From positions 691,854 through 755,853 of the forward strand of contig MNCI01000270.1 in assembly GCA_015680685.1 (NCBI GenBank): 64,000 bases of DNA, given 5' to 3'. Source of the DNA: Gnetum montanum (lineage: Eukaryota; Plantae; Gnetophyta). The notes under the pieces are model-generated. The model saw nothing but the letters and a program-made list of their open reading frames with translations. It did no database searches and had not been told where the DNA came from. Positions 25,957-39,516 of the stretch are shown one piece after another. The first letter of the stretch is position 1, and each line of letters starts with the position of its first letter. The position numbers and the translations under genes were made by a program.

Positions 25957-27711
25957 TGTACCATGCAAAATCATTGGCTAGAGGCTAGAATGAATGGATG
26001 TCGAGAGATCTATGGATGAAATAGTAAGACCCTACCTTCACCAGACGGCACGCTGGAAATTAACGGAGGAAGAGTGCCTTGAATGGTCCCCATGCAGATC
26101 AAACGAGGACTTTCTCAAACGTACACAATTGTGATGGGTTGGGTTATACATAAAAAAATGAAAAATTGAATGTAAACAAATGAAAATGGATGTAAACTAT
26201 TTAAATAATGAAAATAGGAAAAATGTGAATAGGAAAAATAATGTAAACTACATGAATCTAGGCAATAATGCAAACTGCTTATATTGATAAACAATTAGAA
26301 TATGCACCGGTCAGAACGTAGTGGCGGTTTCGTCGCAAGGTGGACATTTAGGCCCAATGGATGAGAACAGGTGTCGGGAAGATGCAGGTTTTGGATTGCA
26401 GGTGTACAGTGTTTGGTTTGTATGAAGCCCAGCATATGAGATTGATTCCCATATTTCCTAAGTCTATCAGATTCCAATTTTTCCAACCTTGATCTAGTGG
26501 AAAAATAGGAGATTTATAGGATTTTAGGCACAAGATTCGAATCTAGGAGAAGATTAGTGGCTGCGAGGTAAGAAAACTTCAAATTGGATGACAGGTATGT
26601 GCATTGACCAAATGCATGAAATGTTACAATGTATAGCATGTAGCATGACCAAGATCTCTTATGCTGATGTGTGTAATACACAGTGTAAGAGCTTGATATG
26701 CTGAAAAATGTAAAATGTACAAAGAATGTTAAAGTACAAAAGTGGATCTAGATATCTGGCCTCCAGATCTATAGATCTATGCTATTTTTTGCTCCACCAA
26801 GGCCTCCAATGTGTGTGGATCTAGCTCTAGCATGTCTGCAGTGCGTCCTGGCGTTAGCATCTGGAGTCTAGCGTCCAACGTATGAAGGTGTTTACACTGC
26901 TGGAAGCATGTCAGCGTGACTAACAGGGTATGATATAAAAATAATGCATTTTTTGACCTATGAGACCCATTTTTGAAGTGGATATGCATGCCATGGGTCA
27001 TGAGGGTTCTATGTGCCAAATTTGGGCTTATTTGGATGTCATTTTGGCCTTGTTTTGGTTGATGATGCTCAGCATCTGAAAAACTAGCCCTAGTGTCACC
27101 AAGTCAAGATGGGATATTTGATGTTCAAATTTGAATTTTTTGAAGCCTATGAACAAGTACAAGTGTTGCTAGTTCTTGGGGGTTGCCTAGATGTTGAAGA
27201 TGCTCCCTAAAACTACTTTTTTACCCTGTTTTTGTTTGGTCATGCTGTGGCTACGCTGTGCAGCGTCTGAAAAAGTAACCCCAGCTTCACCAACTGAAAA
27301 TACCTTATTTAAGGAAAACATTTTTCTTTTCTAGAAGTTGGGAGTTGCTGGGGGCCTTGGTGAAGGTCATGGGAGGTCCTTGTGCTCAATGTTGACCTGT
27401 TTTAACTTAGTTTCAGGGCTCCAAAAGTTGGTGACGCTGATTCTCACGCTGGGCAGCGTAAGCTACAGCGTGACCAAACTTTACTTAGCCAAAACCAAGA
27501 ATTTTAAGCCTAAAAATTTTGATTCTAGATGTCATAAGTTGGTGTAGTCACCTATGGGTCCTAAGGGACCTTGCCTGTTGAATTGTGAACCATTGGGGGC
27601 TATTTTGGAGGCCTCCAAGTTTGGTCATGCTGTATTCATGCTTGGGTAGCTGCATGACTTAGCTTGAATCTTGTCTAAAAGTGCTAGGCCAAAATTTTTA
27701 TGGTGTTTTCA
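25957..27711 (-). repeat. 3' LTR of element F
   Basis: Homologous to 32619-33871; ends tggtgttttca next to the PPT. Confidence 0.88.
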
Positions 27712-29449
27712 TTGGCCCCTCTATGTTGATTCCTAGAGGAATCTACCTAAGAGTCATTGACAAAGAAGTAAAAAACACCATGAGCAACTGGGTATCAAGC
27801 ATTGTTCCTTGGCAGTTGGCCAGATGTCATTGCACCGTGTTCAGAAGTACATGGGATCGTGAAATGAGGTTGTGAGATGTATATGAAGGAGGTTTGTAAT
27901 TGCAAGATTGAGGATTGATGAAGGGATGATTTTGTTTAACTATGGGAAGAGGAATACTCTTGTGTGAACATGTCTTGTTAGTCCTTGTCAATAGCCAGTA
28001 TCTAGTGGACTTGGGACCAAGGCATGGGATGTGCGTCCTTTGGAGGAATGAGACTTTCGTATTCTATTTGAGAGAACTCGTTGTCACAACCAAAGCCACG
28101 TGATGAGGTGGTGCATTCTTTGGAGGAACATGACCCTTGTTGAGTGTCAAAGGAAACCTATTGTCCAACAGCCAAAGCCACGCGGTGGGATGCAACATGA
28201 TTGTTTGAGACATGAGTGTTAAGGATCATGTGATGGATTTTTCCTACCTCGGGCTTGTATGAGAAGTGCTAAGGATCATGTGATGGATTTTTCTCCTTTT
28301 TTTTCTTCCTTTTTTTGTTTTTTTAACAAAGCTCTCTTTCAATGTTATACTCGTGCTCTTGTGCTTATATCTATTTCATGTGTTGTGTTATGTGTTGCAA
28401 CTACCTAGAGAGTTACAGTGTGCAACCATGTGTTCAAAGTTTTGGGATGACTGGGATGTATCCAAGAAATGTAACTAAACAAGGTAGAGAGAACATGTTA
28501 GGGAATCAGGGATGTTTGGGGAACTAGGAATGTACTTGTGAGCGATTTGATTAACCTGGCTACATGCATCAGAAACAATGTGGTACATCATCACTATGAT
28601 GAAGTGCATCTGTGTACAGACACCTCTAGGTGTCATCCTGCAAACACAACTCCAAGAAGAAAAGAAAACCATGAGTGAATGAGTTATCTTAACACTTTAA
28701 ACATGGATGCAACCGATGGGATGGAGACACCGCGTGCAAACGTAGGTAAACAAAATTGAGTAGCAACAATGTTGTCAAAGTCTATGTGATGAATTCATGT
28801 AGTAGGTTGATGAAGACATGGTGTTTGATTACAGCAACAGATTAGTAGACTAGTGTAGAAGTTGCTGGTTTATAGTCTTCGTGGACTGTTGTGGATTAGT
28901 TTTGCGTCATAACCCATTGGATGTTGCAAGTTTAGCATCATAGCGGACAGTGCAATGCTAGTTTATAGTCATGGCAGAATATGGAGAGGCGAGCTACTTT
29001 ATAGTCGTAGCGAAATCTGTCAAATGAGAGTGTGATAGTTTATTGTCATTTTGGATAATCTATGGTATCAGTTTTAGGTCATGATGCCAGGACCATTCTG
29101 TGGTATTAGTTTACCATCATGATGCCAGGACGATGTGTGGATGCATGCACGTACATCTAGGTGATCCTGCAAAAGAAGAAACTAGAGAACACAATGTCAA
29201 GTAGTAACTACTGAAAACAAATCATAAATTCATAAGAAAAATAGAAAAAAATGCAAAAGGCAAAAGTTTAGAGCCTTTTTGGGCCATGCATGGAAATTTA
29301 AAGTTGTATCAGGCCATGTGTTAGTTTAAGGCCTTTTCGGGCCACATGTGAATGCGTAAGATAGTACAATGCAAATGAAGGTGATGTATGCACAATGAAC
29401 AAAGGTGAAGAGTGGGTAGGTATTAGATGTATTTTTGGCTGCAGGGAAG

Positions 29450-31650
29450 CCTTGATCATGTGGTTGTTTACTAGCTAGACATGGTCTAGGAGGTGTGCTA
29501 GGTTTTGGTTGCTCTGGGAGGCTTTCGATTTTTACCACTCGTTCGGGTGTTTTAGCTCTAGGTGTTGCATTTTTTTCCATGGGTGTTCCATCGAGAGACT
29601 CTTCTTTCAAGAATTATGACATGTCTATGTTGTGGATGGCTTGAAAGGGAGTGTTATCACCATGTATTGGTGAGAAAATGGCCCATTGTTGGGCTAGCCA
29701 AGGTCTGCCAAGAATCATGTTGAAACTTGGCATCTCTTCTATGATAGTGAACTCTGCGTTGGTCAGGAATTATTCTCTTTCCACAAAGGCTAAGTTGATT
29801 TTTCCCTTAACTATGACACATGATCCATTGAAGGATTTTAAACACGTGGTTTTCATTGGCATGATCTCGTCTCCCATGCCTAGTTTGTCGATGACAGAGT
29901 ATATAGCTACACTTGTTACCGCACCATCATCAACGTGCACTCTACGAATGATACATTGCCCAACACATATGCTAATCAAAAATGGAGCTGTTTCAACCTC
30001 CCCTCATTTGAGGTTGACTTTAACTGCATCATTGTGGAAAGCTAAGGTGTTTGAACCCAATCCTTGTCGTGTGTGTTGCAAAATCATTGCACAGATGGAT
30101 TCCTCATTTGCGGGGATGTCCTCCATAATAGGAATGGATGCTAATGTTTGAGCCAAGGATTTGCGGTGAGTGGATGAAGTCATGACCAAGTTGTACAAGC
30201 TCATCGTTGTTTTCTTCTATTTGAACATTTGTTTTACTTGGGCTAGTGTAGCTATGAAGTCTATGTTATTGGTTGTTGTGTTGGCTCTGGCTTCCTTCGT
30301 GTGGGTTGGGGGATGGGCCTCTTGCATAGAGGGCTTGGGCCTAGTTTTCTTGAGATTAGGGGTAGGGGCCCTAGTGTTTGATTGTTGATTGCTTGGTGTG
30401 GCCTTTGCTTTAGCTGTAGACGTTGTTCATTTTTCATTTATCCTCTTCTGCTGCCATTTGGTAGCCTTACCCGTGTTGTTGGCAAGGTTGACTCTTGAGG
30501 AAGAAGAGGTTGAGATGTTGCCTACTGTTGGGCTCTGGGTAGGTGAGGGGACATCGTGTGGTGGCACCTGTATGAAAAATGGTAGTTTGGGAGGAGTTTT
30601 TGGTGTTTGAATAGCTTGTTGTGGCACCTTCATGATGAAAGGTTTCTTTGTGGTTGTGGTCAGTGCATCATGCTAGTTTAACGTCTTAGCGGATGAGTGC
30701 AGTGGTACTTTGACCACGAAAGGTTTTCCAAGTGTTTGAGGTGGCACCTAGATGACAATGGAAGGCCTCTTGCTTATGGAGGCAGAGGGGATCATTGCCT
30801 TGCTGAGAGGCACACATATCACAAAAGGTTGCTGCACAGGTTTGGGTTTGCTTCCTATTCCAATGGAGTTTATGACATAGGAGGCATCGCCTCTACTAGG
30901 TTGATTTAGGGTGTTGATGTTCAGTTGGCCCGGTTCTATCATTGTCTAAAGATCATCTTGTAAGGCATGACAGTTGTCAGTATTATGACCGAACATCTGG
31001 TGGTAGTGATAGAATTGATCTAATTTGAAGTATCATGGGATCGGGGGCTTGTTTGGTGCTACCAAGGTGGGGTACCTTAGTAGGTTGTAGTACTTGTCGT
31101 GTCTTCAATGGGCATTCTCCGCTACTTATTTGTATTGGATTTTCCCGGTTTTGAGGACTTTCTTTAGTAGTTCAGAAGGTCACGTGGGTAGTGACATATA
31201 CTTAGAGCAATCGTTGCGCTAAAATTTGGGCCTTGGGGTGGCCCCTATCATTGCAGGTGGGTTGGTACTGGTGTTTGTTGTTTTTGTGCTTACGGCTACA
31301 GTTTCTGTTGTTGTCTATTGTTTGGCAATGTGTTGGTTCTTGTAAGCCACATAGGCAGGATCATTACTAGTTTGTGCAGCTTGTTCAATGTTCTTAATCT
31401 GCGTGAAGGCTTGGCTCAACGTTTGAGTGCTTAGGTAGTACAGTTTTAACTTAATGAAGTCATTCATGGCTCCCTTCAGAATCGTAAGAATATACATTTC
31501 AGGGATGGCCTCATGAAGTTCGTTAAGAGCTGCACTCCATCATTGGATGAACTTTTGCACAGGCTCAAGTGGTGCTTATTTCACCTGTATCAGAGTGTCT
31601 AGTGTTGCTTCAGGATACAGGTTGTACTTTAACCTAGTAACGAACTGGTG
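29450..31650 (-). pseudogene. gag: Element F gag (partial) plus aspartic protease
   Basis: ILKGAMNDFIKLKLYYL, knuckle-like YHQMFGHNTDNCHALQDDL, protease RVHVDDGAVTSV, FNMILGRPW. Confidence 0.85.
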
Positions 31651-32422
31651 TAACAGACGTGGGTAATCTCTGTCGGGATATCGGTGCTTGTGTGCTCGTT
31701 GACACTTAGTGAGGGGTCATCTGTCCCATGCAAGGGTGGAATGATGGGTTCATGTAGGCATGGGGAGTGAGGGTGTAATACAAATCCTCATGTTTAGATT
31801 ATGTCGCAAATTCATCTTCCTCGTCTTGGTTTTGGGGCTCCTGAGTGGGTCACCGTGAGTTTTCGCTCTTTTCATAAGGAGTTGGGAGATGAGTCAGTGG
31901 TGAGGCTCAAAAAGAGGGATGATGTCATATACAGAGGGGATGAATTCATGACCTCCCATGTATATGAACTCAAAGTTTCATTTTGCCTCCTGTTCTGTGG
32001 TGTCAAGGGGAAGGTTGGCCTGAATCTTCACAAAAATAAAGTTGTACTATTCCTGTGTGAGGATTACGAAGGTGTGTACATTAGAGTTCTGAGATGACTA
32101 CATGGTGATGTGTGATGGGGCAATGTACAAGCTGAATAACAAGTGCCAAGTGTGTTTTAGGCTACGTGTGGAGTGTGTACAATGTGCAACATGTGCAATG
32201 TGATTGGACTATCTAGCATGACCAACATCAGCATGACCAACGTCAGCGTGACCAACAAGCAGCGTATGAATACTGAAAATTTGTCTAAGTGTCCAGCATG
32301 TAAACAATAAAAATTTATCTGAAGTTTCCAATGTGTGAACACTAAAAATTTATCTAGGTGTGAATTACAGTGAATTTGACTTTGAAATGGATGCATTTTG
32401 TGTGTTTTTGTTAAAAAAATAC

Positions 32423-32518
32423 TGTAGCAGTGTGAGCACTATAGCAATGTGAATACTGTAGCAATGTGAGCATTGTAGCAGCGTGACCACTATAGCAGCG
32501 TAAGCATTGTAGCAGTGT
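32423..32518. repeat. 18-bp tandem repeat (actgtagcagtgtgagc-like) in the F 5' leader
   Basis: About five visible units. Confidence 0.8.
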
Positions 32519-32595
32519 GGTTTCAGCACTTGGTTTGGGTAGCGTTTGAATAGGTAACTTGATCAGTTTTTGGATTAAACAAAAAATAAGTACGA

Positions 32596-32612
32596 CCCTC
32601 CTTCTAGCACCA
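32596..32612 (-). promoter_or_regulatory. PBS of F (tRNA-Asn type)
   Basis: ccctccttctagcacca on +. Confidence 0.8.
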
Positions 32613-32618
32613 TTTTAC

Positions 32619-33871
32619 TATATCGTCCAAAATATTCGGCTAGAGGCTTGAATGAACAGACGTTGAGAGATCTATGGATGAAATAGTAAGACCCTAACTT
32701 CGCCTGAGAGAAAGTTAAAAATTAACAAAGGAAGAGTGCCTTGAATGGTCTACATGTGGATCAAATGAGGACTTACCCAAATGTATGCAATTGCGATGCG
32801 TTGGGTTATACGTAAACAAATGCAAAATTGAATGTGTTTACATTGCTGGAAGCATGTCAGTGTGACTAACAGGGTATGACCTAAAACCAATGCATTTTTT
32901 GACCTATGAGACCCATTTTTGGAGTGGATCTACATGCCATGGATCATGATGGTTCTGTGTGCCAAATTTGTATTGATTTGGATGTCATTTTGGCCCTGTT
33001 TTAGTTGATGACGCTAGGCATTACGCTGTGCAGCGTTTGAAAAAGTAGCCCCAGTGTCACCAAGTTAAGATGGCATATTTGAGGCTTAAATTTGGATTTT
33101 TTGAAGCTTGTGAACAAGTACGAGCGCTATTGGTCCTTAGGGGTTGCCTAGATGTTGAAGATGCTCCCTAAAACTAATTTTTTCCCTATTTTTGTTTGGT
33201 CATGATGTGGTTATGCTGTGAAGCGTCTGAAAAAGTAACCCCAGCGTCACCAACTGAAAATACCTTATTTAAGGCCCAAATTTTGATTTTTCGAAGGCTC
33301 GGAGTTGCTGGGGGCCTTGGTGGAGGTCATGGAGGGGGGGGGGTCCTTGTGCTCAATTTCAACCTATTCTGGCTTAGTTCTGGGGCTCCAAAATTTGGTG
33401 ACGCTGATCCTTACGCTGTGCAGTGTCTAAAAAGTAACCCCAGCATCACCAAGTCAAAATGGCAATTTTGAGGCCCAAAATTTTATTTTCTAGAGGTTGG
33501 GAGTTGCTAGGGTCCTTGGTGGAGGTCATGGGGGATCCTTATGCTTGATTTTGACTTGTTTTGACTCAATTTCGGGGCTCCAAAAGTTGGTGATGCTGAT
33601 CCTCACGTTGGGCGGCGTAAGCTACAATGTGACCAAACTTTACTTAGCCAAAACCAAGCATTTTGAGCTCAAAACTTTTGATTCTGAATGTCAAAAGTTA
33701 GTGTAGTTACTTGTGGAACCTGGGGGAATCTTTCCTATTGAATCATGAACCATCAAGGGCTATTTCGGAGGCCTCCAAGTTTGGTCATTGTGTATTCATG
33801 CTTGGGTAGCTGCATGACTTAGCTTGAATCTTGTCTGAAAGTGCTAAGTTAAACTTTTTGTGGTGTTTTCA
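32619..33871 (-). repeat. 5' LTR of element F (internal deletion and local duplication relative to the 3' LTR)
   Basis: Matches ~25957-26175 and ~26885-27711; the ggagttgctgggggccttggtggaggtcatgg block occurs twice. Confidence 0.85.
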
Positions 33872-36800
33872 AAACCCAAGAATTTCCTTGACCATGATGA
33901 ACATTGCATTTTTGGGGAACTGGTCCTCTCCCATGAAGTCTATGTGGATTGTGCCCTTCACCAGGATGTGTGCCCCGTTGAACAACTTCAAGCATGATGT
34001 CGTTGTGGGTTTGATCTGGTCAACCAAGCCCAACTTGTCCATAATAGGGAAGGGGATGATGTTCATGGTAGCCCCATCATCATCATTTACCCTTCGGATC
34101 TGATGTTGGCGGACCTAAATTATAATGAAAAGGGGTGTTGTAGTCACCTGGCCCCTTTCAGGATCTTCCCTAATGGCGTTGTCACAGAAAGTGAGTTGAG
34201 ACGGTTCTGGCTCTATAGGTGTGGACGGGAGCCTAACCGAGTGGATCACTTCCTCTTCTTCTAGCATGTCTTTGTTGACTGGAATCACTGTCAACATGTA
34301 GATCAGAGCCTCATGGTGTTGGACAAACATCATGATCAGATCATACAAGCTGAATGTAGTGTTTTTCTATTTTAGAGCTTGCTTGACCTAAGTGAGGGCA
34401 TCTAAGAGGTCTAGTCCACCCTTCTATTTAACACTTTCTTCCTCTTCTATTCATCCTAGAAGATGAATTTCCCAAGGAGGTATGACTTCGGATCTAGGTT
34501 AAGACCCTTTTTGGCAGGGCGACATGGACTGTGCGGTTATAGCAAAGTCCCTCTTTGTTGACGAGGGCATGGACATAAGGGGTGAAGACATAGGCTTGGA
34601 AATACCAAGGATGGTACTTCCTCTTGATGTCTCATCTACGAAATGCATTTCCTATTCTTTAGGACAAGAAGGTTGTTCATCTATCTTGTGCGGGATGGGG
34701 GCTATCAAAGGAGTCGGCCCCTTGATGATGAAAGGAGCTAATGACATTAACAGATGGGGTAGTGTAATTTTGCTAACATGTAGCATGGAGATGGATTCCC
34801 ATGGAGGGACTCTTAGAAAAAATGGCTATTACAAGCTTTAGCTAGTTGCTAGTGGTGCTGGTGCACTATGCTAAGGCTCATGGACCACGAATGGCTGCTG
34901 GGGTGGCCTAGGATCACTGTCGATACCAATGGCATTGATGATGTAACTGGCATTGTTGGCATTGAGGGGGTTTGTGAAAATATGCAGAGATAGATTCTCA
35001 AGGCATACTGGGTTGCTTTCATCCAATACGAGCTTTCCCTCATCGATTAATCTCTAGATGTCATCCTGCAACGCCAGACAGTAAGTTGTGTTGTGACAAC
35101 ACCGTTGGTAATAGTCATAAAACTTGTCCAGCCTAAAATCCTTAGGAACTGGGGGCTCATTGGGCAGGACCAAAGAGGGGTTCCTAAGGAGCTCATAGTA
35201 GCATTGATGTCTCTTGATTCTTTCTCCCGACATATGCTTGTGTTGGATGTGCCCTGCTACCAATAGCTACTTCAGGAGTTCTGAAGGCTTGAGAGGCAGT
35301 GAGGTGTACTTTGAGCGATATTTACATTCAAAGTTTAGTTTGGGTTGTGCAGATGTCTCAAGTGTAGGTACTGGAGGTTGCGGCATATTGCCCTACTTAG
35401 GCACGAGGTTAGCTACAAGTATGGTTAATTTCTTGTTGTTCTTGTTAACATTGTTACTAGGTTTGGGCTTGGCCTCGGTCACCACAGTGGCCACTATGGT
35501 TGTTGGGGCCTTATCCTTGTCCTTCTTTGTGAAGGTGTTTTTGTAGGCAATTTAGGCTAGGTCTTTACTTTCCTCGGTTGTGTCCTATATACTCTTAGTT
35601 TGAGCAAAGGCTTGACTAAGAGTGCAAGGGGTGAGGTAGCACAGTTTAGACTTGATAAAGTCACTCACTGCACCCTTAAAGATGGCCAGCAAGTGGGCCT
35701 CTGCAATGGGCTCATAGATTTCATTAAGGGTTTCACTCCATTTTTGGATGAACTTTTGGACTAGTTCTAGAGGATCCTGCTTCATGCTCATCAACTAGTC
35801 CAGCATGGTTTCCACCTTCAAGTTATACTTGAAGCACATCACGAACTAGGTCAGAAGCTCCTCTAGAGTTGAAATGGATGAGCGTGGTAGCCCATGGTAC
35901 CAATTTATGGCTTTCTCAACTAGGGACATAGCAAGGACATGAATAATTATGTGCGACCATTTTTGAAATAGAAGGGATTTAGACCTAAAGGTAACAAGAT
36001 CTGCATTGGGATCTCCCTCCCCATTGTACTTCATGAAGTGGGGGACGGACATCCCTGGGGGTAACGTTAGAGCAAGGATTGCAGGGCTGATGGGGTCATT
36101 ATGGTAAAAGTCCCTAACTTGTACCGTATCAAACCCAATAGCTTTGAGGCATTTTATTTCCTTGATGAGGGTTTGGATAAGCTGGAATGCTTGGTCCAGA
36201 CCCTGTGATGTTGTGGACAATTGGAGAACTGCCAAGGCAACTCCCATCTGTGGAATGGCAAGGGTGGCGGAATGACCCATAGGCAGTACTGTTGGGATAG
36301 GCCTCACAAATGATGCTACTTATGTTGTCCACCACCTAGTAGGTGGTGCTGCTGGAGCAACAATTGTGAGTTGGGCTACCAGATAGACCACTTGTGTCAT
36401 CGATGGAACACACCATAGCCTTGTGTTGGGTTGTACCATTTGCTAGGTTTGGTAAGTCTAAGGGTGAACATAATGAGACATCTACAATGGTTGTGGAAGA
36501 GTCGAAGAAGTGAATGGGGTCCATCATGTGGATAGGTCCAGGCCCACCGCGGTGGATGGAACAGATGTAAATGTAGGGATTGAAATAGAATTTGCGTACG
36601 ACTATGAAGTAGGTACAGTATGAACATGTGGCAAGGTAGCCATGATTGGTGTGTGATGTGCTATAGGAATGGGCTGATGAACGGTTTGTAGAGGCATAGT
36701 TGCTACAAATGAAACAGGGGAATAAGGGCATTGATACGTCAAGAAGGTGACATGGCTAACCATTGTAGTTATGATTGTAGGCTACGGGAGCGTAGGGATG

Positions 36801-37315
36801 ATCATAAAGGCAGGGGTGATAGACAACGAATTGGCCTAGAAGGACTAGGTAGGAGGAATCGTGATGGGGTTGGTTTGGCCTTCCTCATTGGATTGGGAAT
36901 CAAGTTCCTCCTTCCTATCCTAGAAGACGTCATCCTAGTTAGACATTGTATCTTGTTGCTCCCTAAGTCTGGCCAACTAGATTAGCTAGTCTAGAACCCT
37001 TTGATTTATCTGTGTCAAAGGTATGGAAGCACCCAAAGTGGGAACAAACTCCTTCCCATCGCAGTAAGTGAACTGGAAGCTACATTTGCCTTCGAATTCA
37101 TGTACATCCAAAGGCAAGTTTTCTTAAACCTTTGCACAGAGGAAGTTATAGCACTCATATTGCTAGGCTAAGCCCTCAGGTCCCCAGTTTTAGATCCTGA
37201 TGGATCTACGTGTTTCCAACATCGGGTTGAGCAGTTGTTCGACACATGTGATGCCTTGAACCATGATGGGAACTTCAATGTTGAAGGTATTAGTAGCAGT
37301 GGTTGTGGAAGTCAT
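33872..37315 (-). pseudogene. gag: Element B gag-protease
   Basis: PPGMSVPHFMKYNGEGDPNADL...AINWYHGLPRSSISTLEEL; FYDYYQRCCHNTTYCLALQDDI; protease region ~33880-34110. Confidence 0.9.
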
Positions 37316-37755
37316 TGTTACTAAGCTAGATAGTTTTGCAAATGTGAAAAGAAAGGAACCGTTGAAGCACAAAGAAAGCTAAATAGTTTTGTGAAGGAGA
37401 AGAGCAAAGAAATTGGAAAGCAATCAAAAGGGACTTTATGTCTTGCCAAGCTCCCGAGGAACTGTTGAACCAACTTATCTATACCACACGATGCGTAAAC
37501 AACCGCAAATGGGTGTCATGTTTACGCTAGTGCATGATAGGGTATAGAATGCGTGCAAGACTACCGTAAGATAGGCAAGTCAGCTGGCGACCAAAGGCTT
37601 TATGTCCTGTAGGGTTCTTGAGGAACCGTCGAGGCAACCAATCTGCACCGCATGATGTGTAAACAACCATAGACAGGTGTCAAGTTTATGTTAATGCGTA
37701 TCAGGATGCAGAAGGCTTGTAGGACTATCATGACACATGGAAGGGCACCAAAAGG

Positions 37756-37772
37756 CCCTCCTTCTAGTACCA
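37756..37772 (-). promoter_or_regulatory. PBS of B (tRNA-Asn type)
   Basis: ccctccttctagtacca on +. Confidence 0.8.
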
Positions 37773-37779
37773 AAAAAAT

Positions 37780-39516
37780 TATAGCAACCAAAAATGTCGG
37801 TGGTTGGAAAACATCAAGAGTTTGTTGGTCATTGGCAGTCTTAACCCTATTTTCATGGGAGGGCCATGTTGGATGGGATGAAAATGGGTTACCTTGAACA
37901 ATTTGGTCGATCAGACATAGACTTAGTCAGTGTTAATATACCCTTTTGCAACCAGATAATTTGAAAACGAGACTAATAGCACGAAGTAATGCTTAAATGT
38001 AAAAGGGACGGAAAATAGTGTAAAAGGAAATAATAAGCAAGAGACAAAGTAAAATGTAGTTAGAAAAATGCACCNCAATAATAAGCAAGAGACAAAGTAA
38101 AATGTAGTTAGAAAAATGCACCACTTCGAAGCTATGACTTTTCTCTACCAAGATGGATACAAACAGTTGCACAACACTAAGAAGTGCAGAGATCTCGAGA
38201 GTAACCAAGATGTGTAGAGCAAGATGGTTGTGTGCTTGAACGTGGACTCAGGCGTTAATAATGCAAAGTGCTACCAAGGTGGTAGAGAAGAGTAGAAAAA
38301 AATGTCAACTGAGAGTGCTAACTATTTACAATGTCAAATAGAAAGCTTATAATGCTCAAGCTTACAATGCTAACTTTTTGCTTGTCAGCCAAAAAAATTG
38401 TTAGCCAACCAGATTTTTCCAAAAAATTCGAGTAGGGCCTTTCGAACGTTGCTCATTGGGATATTTATAGGACCAAGGGCACGCGAAAGATGCATTTTGG
38501 ATGTCATGTTCCATGGGCTCATGTTGACCTATCTATGCTACACATGCCTGCAAGACCATTGGGTGAGTCTGCCATGTCGTAATTAAAAGCCTGCCACATT
38601 GTAATTGCACTGTTAGAGAAATGATGTGATTAGGTGGAGTGCATTGATGTAGCATAACTACCTACCACGCTTTGCTATGCTTTGTAGCATAGAATGTTTG
38701 GCATAGCATAGTATCTTGTCATGTTGTGCTACACTACGTAGTGTAGCGTAGCGTAGTGTAGCTGCTGGCTTGAAGAAAAAAATTGCGTTGTGTCCTACTA
38801 CACGTGTTGGAAACTTTTAAAGTGCCCCAACTATTTATTGCATATTTGTTACGTTGTGCTATGCTACATGGTGTATCATAACGTAGCAGCTGTCCTTAGT
38901 TGCAAAAAACATAGGCAACCTACAAAATTTTCCTTTTGCATTGCGAAGCTTATGAACCTACTAATCTTGCCCTTTGAGATGCCTTATGTCACTTTCACAG
39001 AATTGCTACGCCTCGCCAGGCCATGTAGCTTAGCATCGCTTAGTGGCCAACACGGCCTACTTCTTGCCAAGTTTGTCACTTTCTGATCGAAGGATACATT
39101 GTTGAAGGACTTGAAGTTGGGCGAGGGAACTAACCATCTAATTTTTTGCTACTCTATGCTATGCTTCATGGCATAGCATAGTGTACCACTACACTTTTGC
39201 AAACGTCTTCTAAAGTTTTCTATGCTCCATAGTGTAGAAAGCCTTCTTGACTTAGAAAAATTGTTGAAGTGTTTTGCACGTTCTAAGCACCGCCAAAAAT
39301 TCCATGCGCCACTCCTAAGTGTGTTATCAGCTGGATCAACTACTTAGGTGGGCAGGCTGGGGAATCTATTTAGCCTGTTGACACCTAGGGTAGAAAACCT
39401 ACTAAACTAGATAGTCTAAACATCAGAGCATCCATCTCCTGAAGAACTACCATAACGATGGCTAAATTGCAAAGACCTAGTGAAGCAAGCATGCCTTCGA
39501 ATTTTGGGTTGTTTCA
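37780..39516 (-). repeat. 5' LTR of element B
   Basis: Homologous to 16532-18224; ends ...gggttgtttca. Confidence 0.9.

Larger units (their letters stand above)
25957..33871 (-). mobile_element. Element F: non-autonomous gag-protease-only LTR element with a different LTR family, inserted in the B protease
   Basis: LTRs 25957-27711 and 32619-33871, PBS 32596-32612, PPT 27712-27724, TSD aaact/aaacc; no RT, RH or INT motifs found inside. Confidence 0.85.
16532..39516 (-). mobile_element. Element B: Tat LTR retrotransposon inserted in D gag; RT-RH deleted; contains F
   Basis: LTRs 16532-18224 and 37780-39516, PBS 37756-37772, PPT 18225-18240, TSD gatct (16527-16531) / aatct (39517-39521). Confidence 0.88.

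Noticed and set aside
29651-30151. Long + strand ORF (166 aa) and similar ORFs (33831-34103, 56979-57380, 57884-58273)
   Set aside because: Antisense shadows of protease or accessory-gene coding sequence.
38029-38125. Exact ~46-bp duplication in the B 5' LTR
   Set aside because: Straddles a single N (38075); likely a contig-overlap artefact.
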